A DNA stretch of 39,105 nucleotides, from positions 1 through 39,105 of the forward strand of contig CADBPF010000010.1 of the NCBI GenBank assembly GCA_902796545.1, in the 5' to 3' direction. Position 1 is the first letter of the stretch. The number at the start of each line of letters is the position of its first letter. Position numbers and translations under genes: made by a program. Of this stretch, positions 10,420 to 20,863 are shown piece after piece. A model generated the notes under the pieces. It had not been told where the DNA came from. It worked only from the letters and a program-made list of their open reading frames with translations, and did no database searches. The DNA is from an uncultured Ruminococcus sp. (GTDB lineage Bacteria; Bacillota; Clostridia; Oscillospirales; SIG627).

Positions 10420-11091
10420 TCAGCCCATATAATCGCCGTTGTAGCTGACGAGCACCGCGCTTTTCACGCCGGGCAGCTCGGAGAGCCGGTTGATAAAGCC
10501 GGTATCGGAATCCTTCATGCGCACCTCGGCGTTGACCTCCACCATACCCTTCTGCACGGTCTTGGATTTGACGGAGAATTTCGTGACCTGCTTCTGCAAA
10601 AAGTCCAAAGCCGCCTGCTCGCTTGCCTGATCCTCCGTGCGCAAAACCACGATATAGGGGTTGATATGGCTTTTGCGGTTGGCAAAGATCAGAAGCACGA
10701 CGCCGATGATCACGCTGCCGAAGACCGCCAGGGGGATCATCCCCGCCGCAAGCACGATGCCCGCCGCGATCGCCCAGAACAAAAACGCGATGTCGATCGG
10801 TTCTTTGATCGCGCTTCTGAAACGGACGATGGACAGGGCGCCGACCATACCGAGGGACAGCACCACGTTGGAGGTGACTGCCAAGATCACGAAGGTGGAG
10901 ACCATGGTGAGCGCGACCAGCGTGACGCCGAAGCTTGCCGAATACATAACGCCGGCGAAGGTCTTTTTATAGATGAAGAAGATAAACAGTCCGATCGCAA
11001 AGGACAATACCAGGGCGATCACCATATCCAGAATGGAGACCGCGGTCACGTTTTCTAAAAAACTGGATTTGAAAATGTCGGAAAAACTCAT
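10420..11091 (-). CDS. DUF4956 family membrane protein
   Basis: SLGMVGALSIVRFRSAIKEP signature; several TM helices; adjacent to VTC gene. Confidence 0.88.
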   Translation of the reverse strand: MSFSDIFKSSFLENVTAVSILDMVIALVLSFAIGLFIFFIYKKTFAGVMYSASFGVTLVALTMVSTFVILAVTSNVVLSLGMVGALSIVRFRSAIKEPIDIAFLFWAIAAGIVLAAGMIPLAVFGSVIIGVVLLIFANRKSHINPYIVVLRTEDQASEQAALDFLQKQVTKFSVKSKTVQKGMVEVNAEVRMKDSDTGFINRLSELPGVKSAVLVSYNGDYMG

Positions 11092-11140
11092 AATCTGACT
11101 CCTTTTTTACAAATGGTTTTGTGGATAAGCGTTTCTGCGT

Positions 11141-11812
11141 TCAGTCGTAAAGCCGACAGGATGCGTATTTGGAAAAGGCGCTCGTTTGGGTCGTGGGGGT
11201 CTGGACCAGATCGTGCACGAGCGAGGGCAAAAACCCGTCCCATTTGACTTCCAAAATATTCGGGTCGCCCGGGATCGGGATCGTGACGCAGTCCCAGACC
11301 AGCAGATCCGTGCAGGAAAGCCCGGTGCGGATGTGGTAATCGAGCGTGACGCGCACGTTGCCCGGCGCGTATAAAAAGGCTTCACGCGTGTAGTCCACTA
11401 TCGTGCGCGGGCGCAACAGATTCCCTTGCAGCTTGCGGTAAAACTCCCGCATGATCGGCTCGTCCCGCATCCGGATCGCCTCAAACTCGCCGTGTGCGAG
11501 CGCGTCCGCTTCCTCATACGAGAGCTTTGCCGACTCTTTTTTTCCGAGTCCCGCAAGTTTACTCTTCTTTTCCAGGCGGATAAACGAGGTGTCGCCGTTA
11601 TAATACCGGATACGGAACTTTTCCCTGCGGCTGATCCCGCTTAAACTCTCTTTGAGCGCCGTGTCGTAGAGATCGTCGAAATATAAGCTCCGGATCTCGT
11701 ACTTGCCGTCGATCGCGTGGGGATCTTTTTGAAGCACGGCGCAGAATTTCGCGCGAAGAGCGAGCAGATCGGCAAAACTGATCTCATGCTTTTTCTCATG
11801 GCGATAATCCAT
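11141..11812 (-). CDS. VTC-domain (polyphosphate polymerase-like, CYTH fold) protein
   Basis: RHEKKH, IRSLYFD, REKFRIRYY, LEKK, YTREAF, RVTLD, ILEVK, FSKY; AAGGAG 8 nt upstream of ATG 11812. Confidence 0.88.
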   Translation of the reverse strand: MDYRHEKKHEISFADLLALRAKFCAVLQKDPHAIDGKYEIRSLYFDDLYDTALKESLSGISRREKFRIRYYNGDTSFIRLEKKSKLAGLGKKESAKLSYEEADALAHGEFEAIRMRDEPIMREFYRKLQGNLLRPRTIVDYTREAFLYAPGNVRVTLDYHIRTGLSCTDLLVWDCVTIPIPGDPNILEVKWDGFLPSLVHDLVQTPTTQTSAFSKYASCRLYD

Positions 11813-11845
11813 CTTGCACACTCCTTTCTCAACGTTTCCGCGTAC

Positions 11846-11878
11846 AGGATAGCAGGCAAACCTTAAAGCAATCTTAAA
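11846..11878 (-). promoter_or_regulatory. OmpR/CiaR-type direct-repeat box plus -10 for the VTC operon
   Basis: Minus strand: TTTAAG-attgc-TTTAAG-N10-TATCCT. Confidence 0.75.
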
Positions 11879-11920
11879 AAAAGAAACCGTTTCGAAAAAA
11901 TTTCGAAACGGTTTCTTTTT
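11878..11920 (-). terminator. Intrinsic terminator after the histidine kinase
   Basis: Perfect inverted repeat AAAAAGAAACCGTTTCGAAA / TTTCGAAACGGTTTCTTTTT. Confidence 0.85.
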
Positions 11921-11933
11921 CCTCGGTCTTGTT

Positions 11934-13214
11934 TCAGAAGATCACGGTAAACCGGATGCGATCCGGCGCAAGATAGTCGGCATAGATCCCCTTGCCCGCC
12001 TTTTCGGCGATCGTTTTTGCCACGGAAAGCCCGACCCCGAAGCCGCCGGAAGAGCCCTGCGTGCGGGCGCCGTCCGCGCGATAAAAGCGATCGAACAGGC
12101 GCTCCGGCGCGCAGTCCGGCAGATCACGACAGGTGTTTTCGATATCAAAGCGGATATGCTTGCCCTCCCGCGCAAGAGATACCCGGATCTCGCCGTCCTC
12201 GTCGGAGTACTTGACGGCGTTTTCAAAGAGGATGGAAAACAGCTCCTCGATGCGCGCCTTGTCCGCGAAAGCGTCGATCCCCGGCGCGATCTCTTTAGAA
12301 AAGGAGATCCGCTTTTGCCCGATCGGCTCCGAAAACGCCTCCGAAAAGCTTTCGCACAGATCGCTCAACGAGAATCTTTCCGGCGTCCAGGTCTGCGCTT
12401 CCTCCATGCGCGACAGCTTCAAAAGCCGATCCGTCAAGCCGGACAGGCGGGTCGTTTGTTCTTTGATATTGCGGCTGTACTTGCTCTCGCCGCTATACAG
12501 CTCCATCGCCTCCGTATTGGACCGGATGATGGCAAGCGGCGTTTTGAGTTCGTGTCCCGCGTTGGTCACGAATTGCTTCTGGCGCTCCATATTCTCCGCG
12601 ATCGGGCGGATCACGCGCCGCGAGAGCGCGATCACGAACACGAGCATCAAAGCCCAGGCGACGATCCCGCCGCCGATCGAGATCAAAAGCACGTTGAAAA
12701 ACGCGCCGTATTCGTCCGTTACGTCCAAAAAGACCACGCACTTGCCGTCTTCTTCCCGCAAGTCCGCCACGCGGTAATGAAATCTGCCGAAGACGCCCGT
12801 TTCCTTTGCGCCCGCAAGCGCGCTTTCGGCAAGCTCGATCGCATCCTCCTCGTCCACGGCGCTCGTGCGCTCGCAATCGACGCGGGTCACTTCCCCGTCC
12901 TCGTCAAAGCAAACGAGAAAGAAGTTCGAGGACATCAAAACGTCGTAATCGTTTTTGCGGCCCTCGGGAAACTCACTGTCGCGCCACGGCGCCCGATGAT
13001 CGTCGTCCCGCTTTGCGTCTTCCCCGGCAAACTCCGGCGGGATGAGCCGCTGCGGCTCGCCGAGCGTTTCGGCGAGCATCGACAAGGTCTCGCCCACGCG
13101 GTTTTCCGTGAATACGAGATCGAAAACGTTGATCGCGGCAAGCAAGACCACAAGCAGCACCGTCACGGCAAGCTGCGCCGTGAGGATGAACTTTTTCTGT
13201 AAGGTACGGATCAC
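11934..13214 (-). CDS. Sensor histidine kinase (HisKA + HATPase)
   Basis: GTG start overlapping the regulator's TGA; two TMs; H-box NAGHELKTPL, N-box ENAVKY, FDRFYR, GFGVGLS. Confidence 0.92.
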   Translation of the reverse strand: MIRTLQKKFILTAQLAVTVLLVVLLAAINVFDLVFTENRVGETLSMLAETLGEPQRLIPPEFAGEDAKRDDDHRAPWRDSEFPEGRKNDYDVLMSSNFFLVCFDEDGEVTRVDCERTSAVDEEDAIELAESALAGAKETGVFGRFHYRVADLREEDGKCVVFLDVTDEYGAFFNVLLISIGGGIVAWALMLVFVIALSRRVIRPIAENMERQKQFVTNAGHELKTPLAIIRSNTEAMELYSGESKYSRNIKEQTTRLSGLTDRLLKLSRMEEAQTWTPERFSLSDLCESFSEAFSEPIGQKRISFSKEIAPGIDAFADKARIEELFSILFENAVKYSDEDGEIRVSLAREGKHIRFDIENTCRDLPDCAPERLFDRFYRADGARTQGSSGGFGVGLSVAKTIAEKAGKGIYADYLAPDRIRFTVIF

Positions 13215-13885
13215 AAGCCTTCCTCCAGAGTATAACCGAGATTGCGCTTCGCGCTGATGACGGCGCGGCTTCCGACCGACCGGATGCGCTTGCGCAGATA
13301 GGACAGATAGACCCAGACCGTGTTCGCCTCGGCTTCGGAATCGTAGCCCCAGGCGCGCTCGATCAGCTGATCGGTGGACAGGCAGGCGCCCTGATTCAAC
13401 ATCAGCACCTCCATCAGGCGGTACTCCGCTTTCGGGAGTGTGACGCGCTTGTCGCCGCAGGACAGCTCGAAGGTCCTCTGATCCAAATTCAAGTCGCCGC
13501 AGCAAAGAACGCTCGGCGTGAAGGTCTCCTTACGGCGCAGCATGGCGCGGATCCGGGCAAGCAAAAGCTCCATGGAAAAGGGTTTGGGCAAATAATCGTC
13601 CGCCCCGAGATCCAACCCCGCGATCTGATCCTCCACCTCGCTTTTGGCGGTGAGCAGCAAGATCGGTGTTTTGACCCCTTGCGCGCGCAGGGTCTTCAAA
13701 ACGGTAAGTCCGTCCATACGCGGCATCATGATATCCAGAATGATCCCGTCGTAGGAATCGGCGCGGGCGTAATCCAGCGCATCGGCGCCGTCATAGACCG
13801 CGTCAACGAGATACTTGTGATAGGTTAAAATATCGACGACCGCGTCGGATAAGGCGCGCTCGTCTTCCGCGTACAAGAGTTTCAT
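13211..13885 (-). CDS. OmpR-family response regulator (CiaR-like)
   Basis: AEDE, LDIMMP, LTAK, GADDYLPKPF, winged-helix C-terminus (VYLSYLRKRI, RNLGY). Confidence 0.95.
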   Translation of the reverse strand: MKLLYAEDERALSDAVVDILTYHKYLVDAVYDGADALDYARADSYDGIILDIMMPRMDGLTVLKTLRAQGVKTPILLLTAKSEVEDQIAGLDLGADDYLPKPFSMELLLARIRAMLRRKETFTPSVLCCGDLNLDQRTFELSCGDKRVTLPKAEYRLMEVLMLNQGACLSTDQLIERAWGYDSEAEANTVWVYLSYLRKRIRSVGSRAVISAKRNLGYTLEEGL

Positions 13886-13905
13886 TTTTCATCCCTCCGG
13901 GATCT

Positions 13906-13938
13906 AATCTACCAAAACGACCTTAAGGATACCTTAAA
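13906..13938 (-). promoter_or_regulatory. Second OmpR/CiaR-type box plus -10 (likely autoregulation)
   Basis: Minus strand: TTTAAG-gtatc-CTTAAG-N10-TAGATT. Confidence 0.75.
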
Positions 13939-13955
13939 AAGAAAAAGCGTCGGAG

Positions 13956-14237
13956 TCAGGACGCTTTTTTGAAATTTTCTTTTCTGCGGTAGTGGAAATA
14001 GAGGACGATATCCGCGGTGACCATACAGAAATTGAGGATATAAAAGAACAGAACGTACCAGGCAAAGGATGCGCTTAAAAGCTTTGCCGCGATCCCGCAG
14101 AGATAGCCGAAATCAATGAGCAGTAAAAAGGCGAGGCTTTTCCCTTTGGTGCTTTTGTTTTTGTAGGTCGTGAGGATATTGTTCGGCCAGGAAAAGCCGA
14201 ACGCGATGAGCATGGCGATCTCGAAAATCTGTGACAT
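13956..14237 (-). CDS. Small 3-TM PQ-loop/SemiSWEET-like protein
   Basis: 93 aa, three hydrophobic helices, FGFSWP..I...KSTKGKS; AAGGA RBS. Confidence 0.65.
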   Translation of the reverse strand: MSQIFEIAMLIAFGFSWPNNILTTYKNKSTKGKSLAFLLLIDFGYLCGIAAKLLSASFAWYVLFFYILNFCMVTADIVLYFHYRRKENFKKAS

Positions 14238-14250
14238 GATACCGTTCCTT

Positions 14251-14916
14251 TCAAAGCTGATCGGAAAGCAATCTTTCCGTAAGTTCGGCTACGCTGCGGC
14301 AGATATAGTCCGCGCCCGCGGACAGAAGCTCCGCCTCGTCCCCGTAACCGTAGGTCACGCCCAAAGACGCAAGCCCGACTTCCTTTGCGCCGAGGATATC
14401 GTATTTCCGATCCCCGATCATCAAAGCGCCGCGTTGATCCTTGACCGAAAGCGCGCTGAGGCAGGCGCGGATCACGTCCGCCTTTTCGGCGCGGGTCTTT
14501 TCGTTCAGATCGCTTCCGACGATCGCGTCGAACGTCTCCGCCAGTCCCTCGCGGCGCAGGATCTGCTCGGCAAAGGGCTGGGGCTTGGAGGTGGCAAGCG
14601 CTAACTCGTATCCCGCGCGCTTCAAGGCGCGGATCGCCTGCGGGATACCGTCGTACACGCGGTAAAGCAGCATGGCGCCCCGATCGCGGTAAAACTCGCG
14701 GTAATAGGCGACGGCTTTGCCGCAATCTTCTTCCGGCACGCCGGCGAAATGATGAAAGGAATACGGCAGCGGCGGCCCCAAAAAGGGATCGAGCAGATCC
14801 CACGCGATCGGCTCGTATCCGAGGCGGGAGAGCGCGTACAAGACGCTTTTCTTCACGCCCTCTCCGGAATCGATCACGGTGCCGTCTAAATCAAATAAGA
14901 GATACGGATAGTTCAT
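14251..14916 (-). CDS. HAD-family phosphatase (phosphoglycolate phosphatase/nucleotidase-like)
   Basis: FDLDGT, GPPL, ATSK, MIGDRKYD. Confidence 0.9.
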   Translation of the reverse strand: MNYPYLLFDLDGTVIDSGEGVKKSVLYALSRLGYEPIAWDLLDPFLGPPLPYSFHHFAGVPEEDCGKAVAYYREFYRDRGAMLLYRVYDGIPQAIRALKRAGYELALATSKPQPFAEQILRREGLAETFDAIVGSDLNEKTRAEKADVIRACLSALSVKDQRGALMIGDRKYDILGAKEVGLASLGVTYGYGDEAELLSAGADYICRSVAELTERLLSDQL

Positions 14917-14929
14917 ATTTTCGGAAAGT

Positions 14930-14953
14930 GCGGCGCACGTGTCCGTGCGCCGC
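14930..14953 (-). terminator. Hairpin after ftsH (weak terminator or RNA-stability element)
   Basis: GCGGCGCACG-TGTC-CGTGCGCCGC; only a short U tract. Confidence 0.45.
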
Positions 14954-14958
14954 GTTCG

Positions 14959-16971
<2,013 letters not shown>

Positions 16972-16998
16972 AAAAACCGTACTCCTTGTTTCAGGGGC

Positions 16999-17580
16999 TT
17001 ATCCCTCGTAAACCTCCGGCTTCAAAACGCCGACGTATTTGAGATTGCGGTATTTTTCGCCGTAATCGAGCCCATATCCGATCACGAACAGATCGGGCGC
17101 CTCCTTGCCGGAAAAGTCCGCCTTGATCGGCGCCTGTCTGCGGCTCGGTTTATCGAGAAGCGTGCAGAGGCGCACGCTTTTGGTGCCTTTGTCGGCAAGC
17201 ACGGACTGCACTTTGTGCATCGTGTGGCCGGTATCCAGGATATCCTCGATGATCAAAACGTGCGCGTCTTTCAATTGCGCGTCGGTCGGGGCGAGGCGGA
17301 TCTCCACGACGCCGCCGGAAACGGTGCTTTTGCCGTAGGAGGACGCCTGCATGAACGACAATTCCAAGGGCAGATCGATCTCGCGCACGAGATCGGAGAA
17401 AAAGATCACGCTGCCCTTCAGAACGCAGACCACCATCAGCCGTTCGCCCGCTTCGACCGCGGCGCGATAGGCATTCGTGATCTCCCGCCCGAGCCGCGCG
17501 ACGATCAGGCGCAGTTCTTCCTCGTTGATGAGCACTTCGGACACGTCTTCGTCCATGGGCGTATAACGCATATCACTCAT
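16999..17580 (-). CDS. hpt: Hypoxanthine phosphoribosyltransferase
   Basis: VLKGS, IIEDILDTG, FVIGYGLDY; AAGGAG upstream of ATG 17580. Confidence 0.96.
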   Translation of the reverse strand: MSDMRYTPMDEDVSEVLINEEELRLIVARLGREITNAYRAAVEAGERLMVVCVLKGSVIFFSDLVREIDLPLELSFMQASSYGKSTVSGGVVEIRLAPTDAQLKDAHVLIIEDILDTGHTMHKVQSVLADKGTKSVRLCTLLDKPSRRQAPIKADFSGKEAPDLFVIGYGLDYGEKYRNLKYVGVLKPEVYEG

Positions 17581-19042
17581 ATTGTCTCCTTTTTTGAAGC
17601 AGGATCTCATAGATCCCGCCGGAAATCAGCCGGATGGTCAATTCTTCCCCGCCGTCGGAGCGCACGCGGTCGTCGCACAGTTCGCCGGGGACCCACAAAA
17701 CGCCCTGCTCGTCCGCGATCACGGGAAAAGCCTTGCGCAGCGCCGGCGGGTATTTGCGCGAAGCCAAGAGATCTTTGACGCGCCGCGATCTGCCGCCGAC
17801 GCAAAGCCGATCGTCTGAAAGCGCGTATCGCACGCAAAGATTCCCGAAGATTTTAGCACGATCGAGCGTGCAAAATGTGTGGAATTTGTAAACATTTTCC
17901 GCTTTTTCCGAAACGCTCGGCGAAAAACAAAACTCGTGGCCCGAAAAATAAACGCTGACCGAGCGCTCTAAAAGCGCGTTCCGATCGACGATACGCGCCT
18001 CCTCCGGAGGGATCAGAGCCGGATCTTTGCCGGCAAAAAGCGCTGCAGAGTCGAAAAAGAACGAAAACCCGCCGCCGACTTCCACGCGGCGGTCGGAGGC
18101 GCCGGAGCCGATCAGGCGGCGCACCGCCTCGAAGCGTTCGCCGGACAAGGGCTCGTCGCACCCTGCGGCGGACAGAAAACCGGAAAGAAGATCGTATAAA
18201 AACGCGTGCGTCGCGCGCCTCTCCGCAAGCGGCTTCAAAACGGATAAAGGCGCGCCGGTATCGGCGTTTTCGATCGACAGGCGGCGGCGGTATTCCAGAA
18301 ACGCGGCTTCCAGCGCGCGCCTTTGCGCGTTCAAGGTCGCGGTCATGCTCAAAACGGTCCGGTCGAGCGCGGGATTTTGTTCCTTGAGCCGCGGCACGAT
18401 CGCGCGTCTGACGAAATTGCGCGGGATCTTGAGATCGCGGTTGGTTTCGTCCCGGACAAAGGGGACGCCGTTTTGTTTGCAGAAGCGCTCGGTCTGCCCG
18501 GCGGTAAGCCGGATCAGCGGGCGGATCACGCCGTCCGGCCGGCACGGGTCAATGCCGGAAAGCGCCTTGATCCCGCCGCCGCGGATCAGCGCGAGCAGGA
18601 CGGTTTCGGTATTATCGGAGGCGGTGTGCGCGGTGGCGATCTTGGATAAATTCTGTTTTTCCGCCACTTCCTTCAACGCGGCGTAGCGCAGCTTGCGCGC
18701 CGCGTGCTCCAAAGACAGCCCGTGCGCGCGCGCGTAGTCCGAAGCGTTGACGCGGCGCAGATAATACGGCACGCCGTTTTCTTGACAAAGCTTGCGGCAG
18801 AGCGCCTCGTCCCGATCCGCGCTTTTGCGGATCCCGTGATGCACGTGGCACGCCGCCACGCTGATCCCAAAATCCTTGCGGTGGGCGCACAATAGAGAAA
18901 GCAGACAGACGGAATCCTTGCCGCCGGACAGGGCGACGAGGACCCGGTCGCCCTCCTGCAGCATCCCGTAGTCCCGGATCGTTTCCGAGAAGATCCGGTC
19001 GGTCGGATCAGCCGTTTTCCGGCGGGACCTGTTCGTCGTCAT
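17573..19042 (-). CDS. tilS: tRNA(Ile)-lysidine synthetase
   Basis: PP-loop SGGKDS, HHGIR, ARKLRY, TAHTASD, DETN; tilS-hpt-ftsH order; exact start uncertain. Confidence 0.93.
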   Translation of the reverse strand: MTTNRSRRKTADPTDRIFSETIRDYGMLQEGDRVLVALSGGKDSVCLLSLLCAHRKDFGISVAACHVHHGIRKSADRDEALCRKLCQENGVPYYLRRVNASDYARAHGLSLEHAARKLRYAALKEVAEKQNLSKIATAHTASDNTETVLLALIRGGGIKALSGIDPCRPDGVIRPLIRLTAGQTERFCKQNGVPFVRDETNRDLKIPRNFVRRAIVPRLKEQNPALDRTVLSMTATLNAQRRALEAAFLEYRRRLSIENADTGAPLSVLKPLAERRATHAFLYDLLSGFLSAAGCDEPLSGERFEAVRRLIGSGASDRRVEVGGGFSFFFDSAALFAGKDPALIPPEEARIVDRNALLERSVSVYFSGHEFCFSPSVSEKAENVYKFHTFCTLDRAKIFGNLCVRYALSDDRLCVGGRSRRVKDLLASRKYPPALRKAFPVIADEQGVLWVPGELCDDRVRSDGGEELTIRLISGGIYEILLQKRRQYE

Positions 19043-20390
19043 AATGCTTTTCTACCGTGGAAAACCGCGTGTAGGCGCTTTCCCAGTATAATTCGACCTT
19101 GCCGGTCGCGCCGTGACGGTTTTTCTCCAAAAGACACTCGACGGTGTATGCCGGCGGGCGGTTGGCAAAATCATAATACTCGTCGCTGTGCAGGAAAATG
19201 ACTGCGTCCGCGTCCTGCTCGATCGCGCCGGAATCGCGCAGATCGGAAAGCTGGGGGCGTTTGTCGCCGCCGGAACGCTTGGTGTTGGCGCGGGACAACT
19301 GCGAGCACAGAATGATCGGGACCTGCAGCTGGCTCGCCATGATCTTCAAGGAACGCGTGATCTCCGCGACCTCGACCGCTTTGTTTTCGTTTTTGCGGCT
19401 GGCGTCGCTGTCCATCAACTGCAGATAGTCGATCACGACCAGCCCCAGATCCTTGACCCTGCGTAATTTCGCGAACATTTCCGAGGGGCGGATCGAGGTG
19501 GTCTCATCCAATAACAGGTTCTGATTCTGGCACAGCGCGGTCACGCTTTCCGCCAGTTTATCGAAATCGCTCTGGCTTAAATCGCCCGTGCGCAGTTTCG
19601 AGGAATCGATCCGCGCTTCGCTTGCCGCAAGACGCGCCGCAAGCTGGGTCGGGCTCATTTCGATCGAGAAGATCGCGACCTTGCGCGGGTCGTTGCGGGC
19701 GACGGCGGCGGCGATATTCATGGCAAAACTCGTTTTGCCCATGCCGGGTCGGGCGCCGATCAGGATCAGATCGCCCGGCTCCATGCCGTTGAGCAGGCGG
19801 TCGAGATCGGAAAAATGGGTCATGATCCCCAAAGCGCCGTGCTTTTTCTTCAAAAGATCCAGGCGCGCGTAGAGCGCGTTGAACGCGTGGTAGATCGGGC
19901 TCAAGCCCGCGCGATCCCTGCCGTTGTTCAGATCGTAGATGAGCTGTTCGGAGCTGTCCAGGATCTTTTGCGCTTCCTCGCCCTGCTCGTACGCCGCCTC
20001 GCGGATCTGCTCCGATACGGCGATCAGCTTGCGCAGCATCGACTTATCCCGGATGATCTGCGCGTAGTCCTTCACGTTGGCGCTGGCGGGCGACAGTTCC
20101 GCGATCTGTTTGAGATACTCGCGCCCCGCGGCTTCCTGATAGACGCCGTTTTTCACGAGCTCGTCGAGCAAGATCACCGCGTCCACGTTGGAGCGGGTCT
20201 GCCGCAAGGTCATCGCGGTGGCAAAGATCGCCTGATGGACCTCCAGATAGAAGTCCTCCGGGCGCAAGAGTTCCGCCGCTTCGTCCAAATTGCGGATGTC
20301 TAAAACGATCGCGCCCAAAAGCGCCTGCTCCGCATCGACGGAAGCGGGGATCTGCCGGATCAGACCGGCGTCGGAAAAGCTGCGGTCCAT
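19008..20390 (-). CDS. dnaB: Replicative DNA helicase
   Basis: EQALLG, GARPGMGKT, IDYLQL, SQLSR, LRDSGAIEQDAD, KNRHG. Confidence 0.97.
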   Translation of the reverse strand: MDRSFSDAGLIRQIPASVDAEQALLGAIVLDIRNLDEAAELLRPEDFYLEVHQAIFATAMTLRQTRSNVDAVILLDELVKNGVYQEAAGREYLKQIAELSPASANVKDYAQIIRDKSMLRKLIAVSEQIREAAYEQGEEAQKILDSSEQLIYDLNNGRDRAGLSPIYHAFNALYARLDLLKKKHGALGIMTHFSDLDRLLNGMEPGDLILIGARPGMGKTSFAMNIAAAVARNDPRKVAIFSIEMSPTQLAARLAASEARIDSSKLRTGDLSQSDFDKLAESVTALCQNQNLLLDETTSIRPSEMFAKLRRVKDLGLVVIDYLQLMDSDASRKNENKAVEVAEITRSLKIMASQLQVPIILCSQLSRANTKRSGGDKRPQLSDLRDSGAIEQDADAVIFLHSDEYYDFANRPPAYTVECLLEKNRHGATGKVELYWESAYTRFSTVEKHYDDEQVPPENG

Positions 20391-20398
20391 GTTCGCTC

Positions 20399-20845
20399 CT
20401 ACTCTTTGCTTACGGTCACTTTCAGATCCGCCGTCACGCCCGGATACAGGCGCACGGTGAGCGGGTATTCGCCGATCGCCCGGATCGGCGCGGACAATTC
20501 GATCTTGCGTTTGTCAAGCTCGATGCCGGATACTTTTTGCAATTCCTCCGCGATATGCGCCGCGGTGATGCTGCCGTACAGTTTCCCGTCCGCCCCGGAG
20601 GACGCGGTCAGCCGCAAATCGATCCGTTCGAGTTTTTCTTTGAGTTCCTTTGCCCCCGCAAGCTCCACGGAGCGTTTGAAGGCTTCCGCGCTCTGCTTAT
20701 TCTTTGCCTGCGCTTCCGCGTTGCGGTCCGCTTCCACGGCAAGCCCGCGCGCGATCAGATAGTTTCTGGCGTATCCGTCCGACACTTCCGCGATGGTCCC
20801 CGCCAAGCCGACGTTGCGCACGTCTTTTTTCAAAAATACTTTCAT
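20399..20845 (-). CDS. rplI: 50S ribosomal protein L9
   Basis: VSDGYARNYL, GKLYGSIT. Confidence 0.97.
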   Translation of the reverse strand: MKVFLKKDVRNVGLAGTIAEVSDGYARNYLIARGLAVEADRNAEAQAKNKQSAEAFKRSVELAGAKELKEKLERIDLRLTASSGADGKLYGSITAAHIAEELQKVSGIELDKRKIELSAPIRAIGEYPLTVRLYPGVTADLKVTVSKE

Positions 20846-20863
20846 AGCGATCCTCCCGATCCT

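Noticed and set aside
13215-13505. Long N-terminal extension of the histidine kinase ORF, suggesting a fusion or frameshift
   Set aside because: It overlaps the response regulator out of frame; the GTG at 13214 with GGAGG upstream gives a normal coupled start
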